Assembly (NCBI GenBank): GCA_950097015.1
Contig: CATNEN010000029.1
Location: forward strand, 1,736,001-1,800,000
Direction: 5' to 3'
Length of the DNA: 64,000 bases
From: Macrostomum hystrix
Taxonomy: Eukaryota; Animalia; Platyhelminthes
Positions 33,887 through 46,839 of the stretch are shown here, piece after piece. A program made the translations under genes and the position numbers. The notes below the pieces were generated by a model. The model was not told the DNA's origin. It was given only the letters and a program-made list of their open reading frames with translations, and searched no databases. Numbering within the stretch: the first letter of the stretch is position 1; every line of letters starts with the position of its first letter.

Positions 33887-36800
33887 ATGCGGCCAGTCCG
33901 CTGGAACTGGCAGCGCCTGATCCGCCTGGCCGTGGGCCTCGCGGTCGGCCTCGGACTAGTCGGCTGGCTGGCCTACGGCCTGCTGCGCACGGATGCGGAC
34001 TCCGACACTGTCAGGCGCTACCTGGCCGGCTACAATCGCGAAGGCCTGGGCCAGGACGCCTACCATTTCCCAGAGCAGGCTGTTGGCGCGCGGCGAAATC
34101 GTCCGCCACCGCCGCCGTTGCCGCGCCCTACGTCGGCAACAACGCGACAACCGACTCCGTGGCGACGGCGTGGCCCGGCTCCGACTAGGCGCTACGGCGT
34201 CTTGAAACCCATCAATCGACCCCGGCCGCCGGGCACCACGCCCGGCCTCATCTCTGACCGTATCAAACACGGCAATGGCCTATTCCATCCTATTGAAATT
34301 GTACCTAGCATTGGTGGCGCCGGTGCTAATTTATCGGCCAATGACGGTCGCTCCGGCAGCCTGTTTGACTGGGCCAAGCTGGCGTTTGGAAACTCTGGCG
34401 ACGTCATTCGTTCGGTTCCGCTGACGCCTGGCGTCCCGCTGTCCGCCGCGACTGTGCCACCGCTTAGCAACGGCCTGATTGGTCACAGGCCGTTTATTGA
34501 GCGGCATCTGTTTGTTGACGGCGTCTTTTTGGCATCTGGCTCGCGCTTTCGTGTGCCCCAGCTGGCTTACCGCAATATCAGCCTGGTGTCCCTGCCCACA
34601 GACGGTCGGATTCGTCATCGACTGGAGTTTGTGGCGCCGTTCGGCCAGCTGCTGCAGACTGTGGCTACAACTGACAGCGTGGTAGAGCAACGGGTTAGTC
34701 GTCTGAGTTAGATTTTTTGGATTTTAGCTTAGTTTCCCATGTTTCATTGTCTGATTTTATAGTTTGATAGCTGGGCAGTCTGACCAATCAGCTGGGCAGT
34801 CTGACCAATCAGCTGGGCAGTCTTTCTAATCAGCTGGACAGTCTGACTAATCAGCTAGGCATTCTGAATAATAGCTGGACAGTCTGACTAATCAGCTGAA
34901 CAGTCTGACCAATCAGCTGGACAGTCTGACTAATCAGCTAGGCATTCTGAATAATAGCTGGACAGTCTGACTAATCAGCTGAACAGTCTGACCAATCAGC
35001 TGGACAGTCTGACTAATCAGCTGGACAGTCTGACTAATCAGCTGGACAGTCTGACCAATCAGGTACATAGTCTGACTAATCAGCTGGACAGTCTGACCAA
35101 TCAGGTACATAGTCTGACTAATCAGCTGGACAGTCTGACTAATCAGCTGGACAGTCTGACTAATCAGCTGGACAGTCTGACTAATCAGGTACATAGTCTG
35201 ACTAATCAGCTGGACAGTCTGACCAATCAGGTACATAGTCTGACTAATCAGCTGGACAGTCTGACTAATCAGCTGGACAGTCTGACCAATCAGGTACATA
35301 GTCTGACTAATCAGCTGGACAGTCTGACCAATCAGGTACATAGTCTGACTAATCAGCTGGACAGTCTGGCTAATCAGCTGGACAGTCTGACTAATCAGCT
35401 GGACAGTCTGACCAATCAGGTACATAGTCTGACTAATCAGCTAGGTATTCTGAATAATAGCTGGACAGTCTGACTAATCAGCTGGACAGTCTGACCAATC
35501 AGGTACATAGTCTGACCAATCAGGTACATAGTCTGACCAATCAGGTACATAGTCTGACTAATCAGCTGGACAGTCTGACTAATCAGCTGGACAGTCTGAC
35601 TAATCAGCTGGACAGTCTGACCAATCAGGTACATAGTCTGATCAATCAGGTACATAGTCTGACCAATCAGGTACATAGTCTGACTAATCAGCTGGACAGT
35701 CTGACTAATCAGCTGGACAGTCTGACTAATCAGCTGGACAGTCTGACCAATCAGGTACATAGTCTGACCAATCAGGTACATAGTCTGACCAATTAGGTAC
35801 ATAGTCTGACTAATCAGGTACATAGTCTGACCAGTCAGGTACATAGTCTGACCAATCAGGTACATAGTCTGACCAATCAGGTACATAGTCTGACCAATCA
35901 GCTGGACAGTCTGACCAATCAGCAGTTTTGTGTCCGGTCTATCCGCAGATCTACGCACACGCTCTGCTGCCAACGGTGCTGGTTCACGAGGTGGACATTC
36001 TGCGCCGGCTGGGCCAGGTGGACTTGTCCACCGGCTTCACCGTCACGTTTGAACGAGAATGGCCGATGCCAGATGGTGTGGACGTTACTCAGCTGACGCT
36101 GCACAATGAGTCACTGCGCCGGCGACTGGGCTACAATGTCCGGGTGTTGCAGATTGCTACTCCGGTGAGGCCTTGAGATAATCTAACCTGATTAACTAGA
36201 TCAGTCTGGCGTTATCAGAAATTTAGCTTTTAGTTCGTATAAATATTTCAGATTCAATAAAAATGAGGCTATTTTCTTAGCGGCGATATGAAAATTGTGG
36301 CGACTTATAAAAAAACTATGCTTGATTCTAGGGAACAGTAACGCAATTATTCGGACTAGTACGTATTCTGAATGAGGCTATTTTCTTAGCGGCGATATGA
36401 AAATTGTAGCGTCTTATAAAAAAACGATGCTTGATTAGTAACGCAACAGTAACGCAATTATTCGAACTAGTACGTATTAGTATTCTGAATGATACTATTT
36501 TCTTAGAAATAAACTTTTTCTTGGAAAAAAAGCTTTTCTCTCTTGGGCAGAGACCAACTTCTAAGAAATTTTCGCTCTTTTACACTTTTCTGTTGTCCGT
36601 CTGCAACTGCTCTCTCACTGAAACACTTCGACAAACAAATGCAGGGTTTCTCCTCCAGACTTGGCGCCAGAGTCTTCGTAGTCTACGACCAGCTGCCGCG
36701 CGACCTGGAGACGCCGCGCGGCAAGCACCGACTGCGCGCCACCTTCCTCCAGTCTAGCGCCCCCAGTCTGGGCGACGCCCTGGCTGGCTACCTAGCGGCC

Positions 36801-38843
36801 AGGTAAATCGACTTGCTCAGCGGAAGTATCGAAAAAAATTATTTATTGCATGACAGAGAGACAGGCAAAGTGGCAGTTATGTTGATTTAAAGGGAGGCAG
36901 ATAGGTAGAGTGACAGAAGTATAGTGACAGAAGTAGAGTGACAGAGAAGTAGAGTGACAGAGAATTAGAGTGACAGGGAAGTAGAGTGACAGAAGTAGAG
37001 TGACAAAGGTAGCGTGACAAAAGTAGAGTAACAGAAAGAGAGGTAAAGTGACAGACTGACAGATAGTCTTAATGAGATGTAAATTAGAAGTCAGGGAGGT
37101 TCATGTATGTACTTAAAGAACCAGAAATTTTCTAATTTATGATTCTTGCTTCAGCTGTGCTTTTAACGCGCATGCTAACCTTTAATGATTGTTTCCAGAC
37201 GCCTCATGAAATCACCTCCAGTCGGCGGCGGCAGCGGCGTCGGCTTCAGCGATCGACTAGGCGAGGCCCACATGTCGGCCTGGCGCGCAGTTTGGCAGGA
37301 CTCAGCCCTGCTGGCCGAGGACAGCCCCGGTGCCGGTGGCAGCCAATTTGGTCGTCGCCTGCTGGCGGCTCAGCAGCAGCTGCTGGCCAGCCTGCCGCTC
37401 TACCGGCGCCTCATGCCGCTGCCGATTCTGCGCTCCGGCCGGCTGCCGCCCTACACAGGCCTGGCCTTCAACGGCCTCCTGGATGAGACTGCCCGAGTCA
37501 CCTATGACCAGGATCTGTGGTCGTCCACCTATCTAGCCCTGACTGCGCCCGACATGTCTGCCGAACTGCTAGCTAGTCGAGCTGTACAGCTGCCCGCAGC
37601 TCTGGCCAGAGCTAACCGCACCGGCTGGTCCGGGGCTCGATTCTGTCCGGAGCCGCGGCTATCGACCGGCGCCACCAGGTGTCACGCCAAGCCGTCGCAT
37701 TCGGATTATCTGCGAGATGATCACGTGACTGGCGATGTGGCCATCGGCGCAGCGGCCTACCTGCTGGCCAGCGGGCAGCGAGCCGGTCGGCTAGCGAGCC
37801 TAGGTCGGACCATTGTGCTGGAGGCCGCTCGATACTACGCGAGTCGGACAGTCGGCACCAATCTACTGCCAGCTGACGCTGTTGTCAAGGATCGGCGGCG
37901 CAGATTTGTCGGTACCGCGTTTTTAGTTGGCGTCGCCAAGCGAGCTCTCGCCCTACCCGACCTAATCGGCGCTGGCGATGCCAACGTCACCGCCCATCTG
38001 GCCAGGCTGGGACGCCGGCTGCGACTGCCGGAGCAAAGAAGCAGCGACGACGTGGACGGCGGTGTGTTCTATCCGGATCTGGCGCCAACCCCCGGCGGAG
38101 TTCGCTTCGGTCCGGCCATGCTGCCCCACCCGGTCGGCCTGGCGCTGACAAGGGACGCCCTGCAGCGCAACCTGCTGGCCTACGCTGGCGCCCTCCTAGC
38201 AGGCGGCGGCCCCGATCCGCCCGTGCCGCTGCTGGCCGCCAGCGCCATCGCCTGGATGCGGCTCGGCCAGCCAAAGCGAGCCTGGTCTGCTCTGCGCGCC
38301 GCCCTGCCGCACTGCAGCGGCCCGGCTGGCTGCACCCAGCTGGCCACCGGCGGCCTGTCGCCAGCGCCGCACAATGCCGCTCCGCTGCTAAGCGCCGTTC
38401 TATTCGGCTACGCTGGAGTTCGCGTGCCCGCACCCGGCGGCCTCGTGCTGGGACCCTGCAGCCTGCCGCCAGGCGTTGAACGCCTCCGCCTGCTGGGCCT
38501 GCACTTTCACGGCCATCGGCTGGCTGTTGAGCTGGCCGACGGTGGCCTGACTGTCCGGCTAGCTGGCTGGTCGGCCGGCCGGACAAGCGAATTGTCCGCG
38601 GTGACCTCCGCTGATGACAGCTCGACGCCGACGCCGCTGCGCAAAATCGGCGACTCGGGGAAAATCGCCTGCGACTCGGAGATGCGCATTGTTGCTACGC
38701 CCGCCTCTGCCGGTGCGGCAGGCGCTTCAGCCGACGATCCCGACGCAACCGCGGCTGCCGAAGGCCTCGCCGAAGTTGCTGATGTCGCGTTCGGGGATTT
38801 GTTCGCGTCTGATCTGCTGGCGGGCGAGAGTGAGATGCCGTAA
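33887..38843 (+). CDS. Type-II membrane GH65 / PGGHG (ATHL1)-like protein, ~941 aa; exons 33887-34693, 35949-36164, 36645-36802, 37199-38843
   Basis: N-terminal TM (LAVGLAVGLGLVGWLAYGLL). Motifs PPLSNGLIG..LFVDGVF, VEQRIYAH, YDQDLW, GWSGARF, HVTGDVA, RNLLAY and AVLFGYAGVR are colinear with PGGHG as I recall it; phases are consistent. Confidence 0.85.
34770..35922. repeat. 21-bp minisatellite filling intron 1 of the GH65-like gene
   Basis: AGTCTGACTAATCAGCTGGAC / AGTCTGACCAATCAGGTACAT, ~55 copies. Confidence 0.95.
36262..36510. repeat. ~109-bp tandem duplication (2 copies plus a partial)
   Basis: AATGAGGCTATTTTCTTAGCGGCGATATGAAAATTGT at 36262 and 36371. Confidence 0.8.
36905..37050. repeat. 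14-16 bp repeat in intron 3 of the GH65-like gene
   Basis: AGAAGTAGAGTGAC units. Confidence 0.8.
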
Positions 38844-40369
38844 CTCTGCAGGATTCTTTATTATTGGGATCTTGCGGCGGAATTCAGGATTTAAAAATCT
38901 TCTTTAGCTTTCAAATCCTATTTGGGAAACGGGATAGGTTTGGGATCCGAAAGTAGATTTCAAATAATTTTTCCCGGGGTATTCGGGAATAAAATCTAAA
39001 GTTGGTATCAATGGTCCTTATAATCCCATTTATGATACTAATTATCCCAGTTTGGGATTTGAGGACTCAGTGTCAGTTTGGGATTTAGGATACTAATTAT
39101 CCCAGTTTAGGATTTAAGGACTCAGTAGTCAGTTTGGGATTTAGGATCTAATAGTAATCCCGATTTGGGATTGGAGAACTTAATATGATTCAGTGATTTC
39201 AGTTATTGATCCCATTTCGAGGTTCAGGATTTGTAGATTATCATTGTTTACGTGACACAAAACGTAACAGTAAAGTGACAAAAAAATCTTCCAAAATGCT
39301 GCATTTTGAATAATGATTTGTAGCATAAATGCAGCTTATTTGAAAGTCCATTTTGTGTACAGTATATTATTATTGTTTTCATTATCCAGCAATACTGTCA
39401 GCTTTTTTTCAATTCTAAATTGTCTAAATTCTTAACGCTTAATCATTATCTGCTTTTATAATTTTTATAAGCCTAAAATTACTGATCATTCATTCCAGTG
39501 CTTACTTATGATAGCATTTTCATTGCTTTTGCTAGCAAATTGTTTAGCAAATCTATTGTTAAAACATGTTAGTGATTTTTTCCAGCTAAAACATAGGGAT
39601 GTTTCTTTGGGTGATTCCAATTGGAATCTGCGGTGTTTCCAGAAAAATAAACAGCCGAACGCTGGAAACAGACCAATCGGATGATTCCATGCTTAGAATC
39701 TACCCAACTGGGCGTTTTCTCGGTGCTTCTTGGTGGCGAAATGGAATCACCCAAAGAATCCTCCAGTTCGGAAGATTCCATGTTCAGAGGAATCGCCCGT
39801 AAATAATTCTCTTGTTGTCCCATGGGCCACTGGTTCGGGTGATTTTTCGGCGGTTTCCGCACAATTTACGGTTACATCGGCTGCTTCCTGGGTGGTTTCT
39901 TTAACTCTTGCGAGATAGGGGGGATTTTGGTAGATTCCACTCCTATTTTGCACAAAAACCCGCCGAAGAAGCAGCCGAATGTTTTACAGGGTTAACAGAT
40001 ATTCAATTTCTAAAATTACTTATTCATCTTCAAAATAATAGTCCATTTTGTGCCTTTGTATAGCCAAACGAATATATTAGCGTTAGATGAAACAGACTGT
40101 CCTGTTCCTGTCTGTAGAAACGATATAAATGGCTTCATTCTCTCATTGAATTGCAACAATTATAAGCAATAATTAACTTGACTTTTACGCCTTCAAGAAC
40201 CGTTATTTTAGCTTCTTTTAATGACTTCGTTTTTTACTTGCTATTCACTGGCAGTACTACTTGAGCTAGTCAAGGCAGTAGTAAGCTACACATTTTTAAT
40301 TGGCTACTGAATACACTAATTTGAGATTGACAGCAGATGAGAAGAGAGCAGGGTAGGCGGTGAGAATGC

Positions 40370-40757
40370 GATGCCAGCTGACAAAATAAAAGGTGAGTAT
40401 GAGATGCCAGCTGATGAGATTAATGGTGAGTATGAGATGCCAGCTGATGAGATTAAAGGTTAGTATGAGATGACAGCTGATGAGATTAAAGGTGAGTATG
40501 AGATGCCAGCTGATGGGAATAAAGGTGAGTATGAGATGCCAGCTGATGAGATTAAAGGTGAGTATGAGATGCCAGCTGATGAGATTAAAAGTGAGTATGA
40601 GATGCCAGCTGATGGGAATAAAGGTGAGTATGAGATGCCAGCTGATGAGATTAAAGGTGAGTATGAGATGCCAGCTGATGAGATTAAAAGTGAGTATGAG
40701 ATGCCAGCTGATGAGATTAAAGGTGAGTATGAGATGCCAGCTGATGAGATTAAAGTT
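40370..40757. repeat. 33-bp minisatellite
   Basis: GGTGAGTATGAGATGCCAGCTGATGAGATTAAA, ~11 copies. Confidence 0.95.
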
Positions 40758-40996
40758 AGATAGTTAGAGATTTGTTTGTTCGGTGCCTTTCGAAATAATT
40801 AATATCGGCTAACAATGCTCTTTTAAAGTCACCAAATAAAATAAAATGTGAGGTGTGATTATAGAGAATCAGCTCAGATTTAAACTAGGTGTACATGAAC
40901 TCAAGTGTGAGCACAATTTCTATTCTTCTCAGAAAATGTAGGATTTCATTAAGCTCAGTATAATATTGTTTCTTAAGTGATTAGTAACTGAAACAG

Positions 40997-41630
40997 GTAG
41001 GTTTCATTCAGGCGACAGCAGTTGGTTTCATTTAGGTGACAGCAGTTAGTTTCATTCAGGCGACAGCAGTTGGTTTCATTCAGGTGACAGCAGTTGGTTT
41101 CATTCAGGTGACAGCAGTTGGTTTCATTCAGGTGACAGCAGTTGGTTTCATTCAGGTGACAGCAGTTGGTTTATTTAAGGCGACAGCAGTTGGTTTCATT
41201 CAGGTGACAGCAGTTGGTTTCATTCAGGTGACAGCAGTTGGTTTCATTCAGGTGACAGCAGTTGGTTTCATTCAGGTGACAGCAGTTGGTTTCATTCAGG
41301 TGACAGCAGTTGGTTTCATTCAGGCGACAGCAGTTGGTTTCATTCAGGTGACAGCAGTTGGTTTCATTCAGGTGACAGCAGTTGGTTTCATTCAGGCGAC
41401 AGCAGTTGGTTTCATTCAGGTGACAGCAGTTGGTTTCATTCAGGTGACAGCAGTTGGTTTCATTCAGGTGACAGCAGTTGGTTTCATTCAGGTGACAGCA
41501 GTTGGTTTCATTCAGGTGACAGCAGTTGGTTTCATTCAGGTGACAGCAGTTGGTTTCATTCAGGTGACAGCAGTTGTTTTTCATTCAGGTGACAGCAGTT
41601 GGTTTTATTCAGGTGACAGCAGTTGGTTTT
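40997..41630. repeat. 24-bp minisatellite
   Basis: GACAGCAGTTGGTTTCATTCAGGT, ~26 copies. Confidence 0.95.
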
Positions 41631-42239
41631 AGTTGATCTCCGAAATAAAAATTCGGTAAATGCAACATACTACTGCCAGAATCATGCTTTAGAGTAGTGT
41701 GAAGGAAATATTTTCGTTCAAAAATAATCAGAAATGTCTGCTCAAATAAAGATTTTGAGAGCGTATTGGTTTGTTCAACCCACACTTTTGTCAGTTTTAT
41801 CCGAATTTTATCAGAGAACAAAAGGTAATTAACTGTCCAGTTTTGTATGCAATCTCTCTCTGTTTGGTCAACTGCTGGTTGGCTCGCGCACGCCAGCTAC
41901 ACATGGGGATCAGACAAGTGGCACTGTTGCACTTTGCATCGCAGCAGTATTTTGTGGATTCAATTGAGATTTTCAGATTTTCAGATTTTCTACTTTATGG
42001 CCATTTTAGATTTTCTTTGTGTGTGTGCGTTAGAAAACCTGCTCAAACATTCCTACTCGAATCAAATCTCCATTAGCGACTTCATTTCTCCTAGTAGGAG
42101 TTTGCTAAAAACTATTGACTAAATTTGCTGCTTTCACAATCCAATTTAAATGCACTGAATAAATCAGAGACATGCGTTAAAAAACATTGTGTTAATGAGG
42201 GTCATCAGATTGATATGGGATTTCTGGTGATTAAGTGGG

Positions 42240-44080
42240 ATTTCCACTTGAATATTGCGAGGGATTTCCAATAAATATTGTGCGGGATTTCCAATAAAAA
42301 CTGTGGGATTTCCAATAAATATTGTGTGGGATTTCCAATAAAAACTGTGCGGGATTTCCAATAAATATTGTGTGGGATTTCCAATAAAAACTGTGCGGGA
42401 TTTCCAATAAATATTGCGTGGGATTTCCAATAAATACTGTGTGGGATTTCCATTAAATATTGCGTGGGATTTCCAATAAAAACTGTGTGGGATTTCCAAT
42501 AAATATTGTGCGAGATTTCCAATAAATATTGCGTGGAATTTCCAATCAATATGGTGTGTTATTTTCAATTGAAATATTGTGTGAGATTTCCAATGAATGT
42601 TGTGTGGGATTTCCAATGAATATTGTGTGGGATTTCCAATAAATATTGCGTGGGATTTCCAATAAATATTGCGTGGGATTTCCAATTAAATATTACGTGG
42701 GATTTCCAATGAATATTGTGTGGGATTTCCAATAAATATTACGTGGGATTTCCAATGAATGTTGCGTGGGATTTCCAATAAATATTGCGTGGGATGATAT
42801 GTTCAACAATGAATGTTGTGTGGGATTTCCAATTGAATGTTGTGTGGGATTTCCATTAAGTATTTTATGGGATTTCCAATAAATATTGTGTGGGATTTCC
42901 AATTGAATGTTGTGTGGGATTTCCAATTGATTGTTGTGTGGTATATCCATTAAGTATTATATGGGATTTCCAATGAATATTGTGTGGGATTTCCAATTGA
43001 ATATTGTGTGGGATTTCCATTTGAATGTTGTGTGGGATTTCCAATTGAATATTGTGTGGGATTTCCAATTGAATATTGTGTGGGATTTTCAATGAATGTT
43101 GTGTGGGATTTCCAGTAAATATTGTGTGGGATTTCCAATTGAATGTTGTGTGGGATTTCCATTAAGTAATAAATGGGATTTCCAATGAATGTTGTGTGGG
43201 ATTTCCAATTGAATGTTGTGTGGTATATCCATTAAGTACTATATGGGATTTCCAATGAATGTTGTGTGGGATTTCCAATGAATGTTGTGTGGGATTTCCA
43301 ATGAATGTTGTGTGGGATTTCCAATGAATGTTGTGTGGGATTTCCAATGAATGTTGTGTGGGATTTCCAATGAATGTTGTGTGGGATTTCCAATTGAATG
43401 TTGTGTGGTATATCCATTAAGTATTATATGGGATTTCCAATGAATATTGTGTGGGATTTCCAATTGAATATTGTGTGGGATTTCCATTTGAATGTTGTGT
43501 GGGATTTCCAATTGAATATTTAGTGGGATTTCTAATTGAATGTTGTGTGGGATTTCCAATTGAATATTGTGTGGGATTTCCAATTGAATATTGTGTGGGA
43601 TTTTCAATGAATGTTGTGTGGGATTTCCAGTAAATATTGTGTGGGATTTCCAATTGAATGTTGTCTGGGATATCCATTATGTATTATATGGGATTTCCAA
43701 TGAATGTTGTGTGGGATTTCCAATTGAATGTTGTGTGGTATATCCATTAAGTATTATATGGGATTTCCAATGAATATTGTGTGGGATTTCCAATTGAATA
43801 TTGTGTGGGATTTCCATTTGAATGTTGTGTGGGATTTCCAATTGAATATTTAGTGGGATTTCTAATTGAATGTTGTGTGGGATTTCCAATTGAATATTGT
43901 GTGGGATTTCCAATTGAATATTGTGTGGGATTTTCAATGAATGTTGTGTGGGATTTCCAGTAAATATTGTGTGGGATTTCCAATTGAATGTTGTGTGGGA
44001 TTTCCATTAAGTATTATATGGGATTTCCAATGAATGTTGTGTGGGATATCCATTAAGTATTCTATGGGATTTCCAATAAA
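42240..44080. repeat. 23-24 bp minisatellite with a 330-bp secondary duplication
   Basis: TGTGGGATTTCCAATGAATGTTG; identical predicted ORFs start at 43417 and 43747. Confidence 0.95.
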
Positions 44081-45427
44081 TATAACTAACAAGTTGGTCA
44101 GAAGCATGTTATTTCTGATCATCATGTTATGAATTCTTGGTTACAAACATTGTTATTAATTTGAAAACATTTTTTCACCTCAAATTTTTCTGAAAATGAA
44201 CCATCATTGAGTGGCTTATAGTTGCAAATCTATTTTTTTCATTTTTTTATGTCTGCAATCAAAAGAAATATCATTTTTTAAAGCACTGACATCGTGTGTG
44301 TCCTAATACGGTATCGATTCCCGCAAGTTTCTGACGCTGTGGAAATCGTGCATTATTTCGCTTCAACGTGTGTGTTCCTCTATCACATTGATGTGTTTGC
44401 TGCCAATATATAATGTCGCGAAGTGTTTGTGGTCTAAAAAAATTTGTTCCATATTTTGTTCAAGCCTATGCTCAAACTTTGTCCAATTTTTTTTTACTTT
44501 TACACAACCAAACGGGTGGTGTTCGGCGGCCCAGACAGGCTGGCGCCAATTGTCAAACTTGTACAATATAAACCTTCAACTAATCGTGTGGGTTCGGGTT
44601 AGAGAATGGATGGCTATACCCAGCTAGATAGCGAGCAGAACAAGCATGTCACAGTTGTTAAGAAGCGAAAGCGTTGTCCACTTTAAAATAGAAGAAATAG
44701 ACAGGCAGGCAGGCAGTGAGTGAGTGAGAGATCAGTGAGTGTGTGCATTACACCGCCGCTCAAGAACTGCTCAAATATTGCTGCTGTATGTTTGGCAAGC
44801 ATGTATATAAAAGTCTCCAAATATTCATTCTATTAGGTTTCAAAGATGCTGCAAGTCCCCGATAAACACTGTGTGGTAGGCTCACCCGCGAGACTTGACT
44901 GACAACAGCAGGCGGGTTATTCTCTTTTTATAGCGGAGTGACTGATGGGTCATTAGATGTCATGTGTGTGCGCGTGTGTTTTGAGTGGGCGGTTTAGTAG
45001 CTTTGATTTTCAAGCTTTAGTGATTGCTCACCTGTGCTACTACTCCGCAACAGACTCTCTGTGTTGCTTTTACGCTCGTAGTTTCCTATATTTTTTATTA
45101 GTTTTGGACCCTCGTGACCGGCTCTTTGTTCATTGTTTAGCAACTGAATCTGCAGCTGTCTTTGTTAGTTCATTCTCAGTATCTATTTCATTTATCACTC
45201 CTGCTGCAGCAAGTTTGTTTGTTGCTGAGGGGCAGAATATTATTACTCTTTTTTGACACATTCTTCTTAATCTGCGCGCCTGGACAACTGAAAGCAAATT
45301 GTTTGCGACCCCTAATTTAGCGAAAAAGCAAGCTCGTTCATTAGATTTTCAACTCACTTAAAGAACAAGCCAAAATAGCTATTTTTTAACAGACACAGAT
45401 GCGACACACACAAGACGAGTAACAAGA

Positions 45428-46520
45428 CGTGAGACAGGAGAGATGAGAAACGAGAGAGATGAGAAAGGGGAGAAATGAGACAGGGTAATAATAATAATAA
45501 TATTAATGAGACAGGGGAGAGATGAGACAAGGAGAGATGAGACAGGGAGAGATGAGACAGTGGAGAGATTAGTCAGGGGAGAGATGAGACAGGAGAGAGA
45601 TGAGACAGGAGAGAGATGAGACAGGGGAGAGATGAGACAGGAGAGAGATAAGACAGTAGAGAGATGAGACAGGGGAGAGATGAGACAAGGGAGAGATGAG
45701 ACAGGGGAGAGATAAGTCAGGGGAGAGATGAGACAGGAGAGAGATGAGACAGGAGAGAGATGAGACAGGGAAGAGATGAGACAGGGGAGAGATGAGACAG
45801 GGGAGAGATAAGTCAGGGGAGAGATGAGACAGGAGAGAGATGAGACAAGGGAGAGATGAGACAGGGAGAGATGAGACAGAGGAGAGATGAGACAGGGGAG
45901 AGATAAGTCAGGGGAGAGATGAGACAGGAGAGAGATGAGACAGGGTAGAGATGAGACAGGGGAGAGGTGAGACAGGAGAGAGATAAGTCAGGGGAGAGAT
46001 GAGACAGGAGAGAGATGAGACAGGAGAGAGATGAGACAGGGGAGAGATGAGACAGGGGAGAGATGAGACAGGGGAGAGATAAGTCAGGGGAGAGATGAGA
46101 CAGGAGAGAGATGAGACAGGGGAGAGATGAGACAGGGGAGAGGTGAGACAAGGGAGAGATGAGACAGGGGAGAGATAAGACAGGAGAGAGATGAGACAGG
46201 GGAGAGATGAGACAGGGGAGAGATGAGACAAGGGAGAGATGAGACAGGGGAGAGATAAGTCAGGGGAGAGATGAGACAGGAGAGAGATGAGACAGGGTAG
46301 AGATGAGACAGGGTAGAGATGAGACAGGGTAGAGATGAGACAGGGTAGAGATGAGACAGGGAGAGATAAGTTCATGGGAGAGATCAGACAGGAGAGAGAT
46401 GACACAGGGGAGAGATAAGTCAGGGGAGAGATAAGTCAGGGGAGAGATAAGTCAGGGGAGAGATAAGTCAGGGGAATATGAGACAGGGGAGAGATCAGAC
46501 AGGAGAGAGGTGAGACAGGT
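45428..46520. repeat. 16-17 bp minisatellite, same family as the MITE-internal array
   Basis: GAGACAGGGGAGAGAT units. Confidence 0.93.
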
Positions 46521-46839
46521 AGAACAACTAGCAAAATATAGACCGAATTGATTCGCTGATGTAATTAAAACTGGCCTTAAAAAAGTTGGACACTTTTATA
46601 GCGTCAGAGCTTCCTTTTTCCGAACTCTGCAGAAACAGAAAGATTTAGAGGCTGCCACGGTTCTCTTCTGAAAGCAGATGGTTGCAACCTAGCGCCCACA
46701 ATTTTGTTCATCTGTAACCAGTCGGCACTTGACATTGGGCATTGAAGCGGCTGCAATGTTGAGCTCGAAGTGGGCATTTATTACTGACTTGTCCCACCGA
46801 CTCAAACCACTTGATTGTTAATTTCGCAAAATTGGAGCA

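Noticed and set aside
36841-36852. ATTTATTGCATG, resembling my recollection of a flatworm spliced-leader 3' end
   Set aside because: Only 12 AT-rich nt, not followed by a GT donor or Sm site; probably chance.
39603-39758. 17-bp inverted repeat enclosing ~120 nt
   Set aside because: No TSD, no second copy in the window and no ncRNA boxes; it cannot be assigned.
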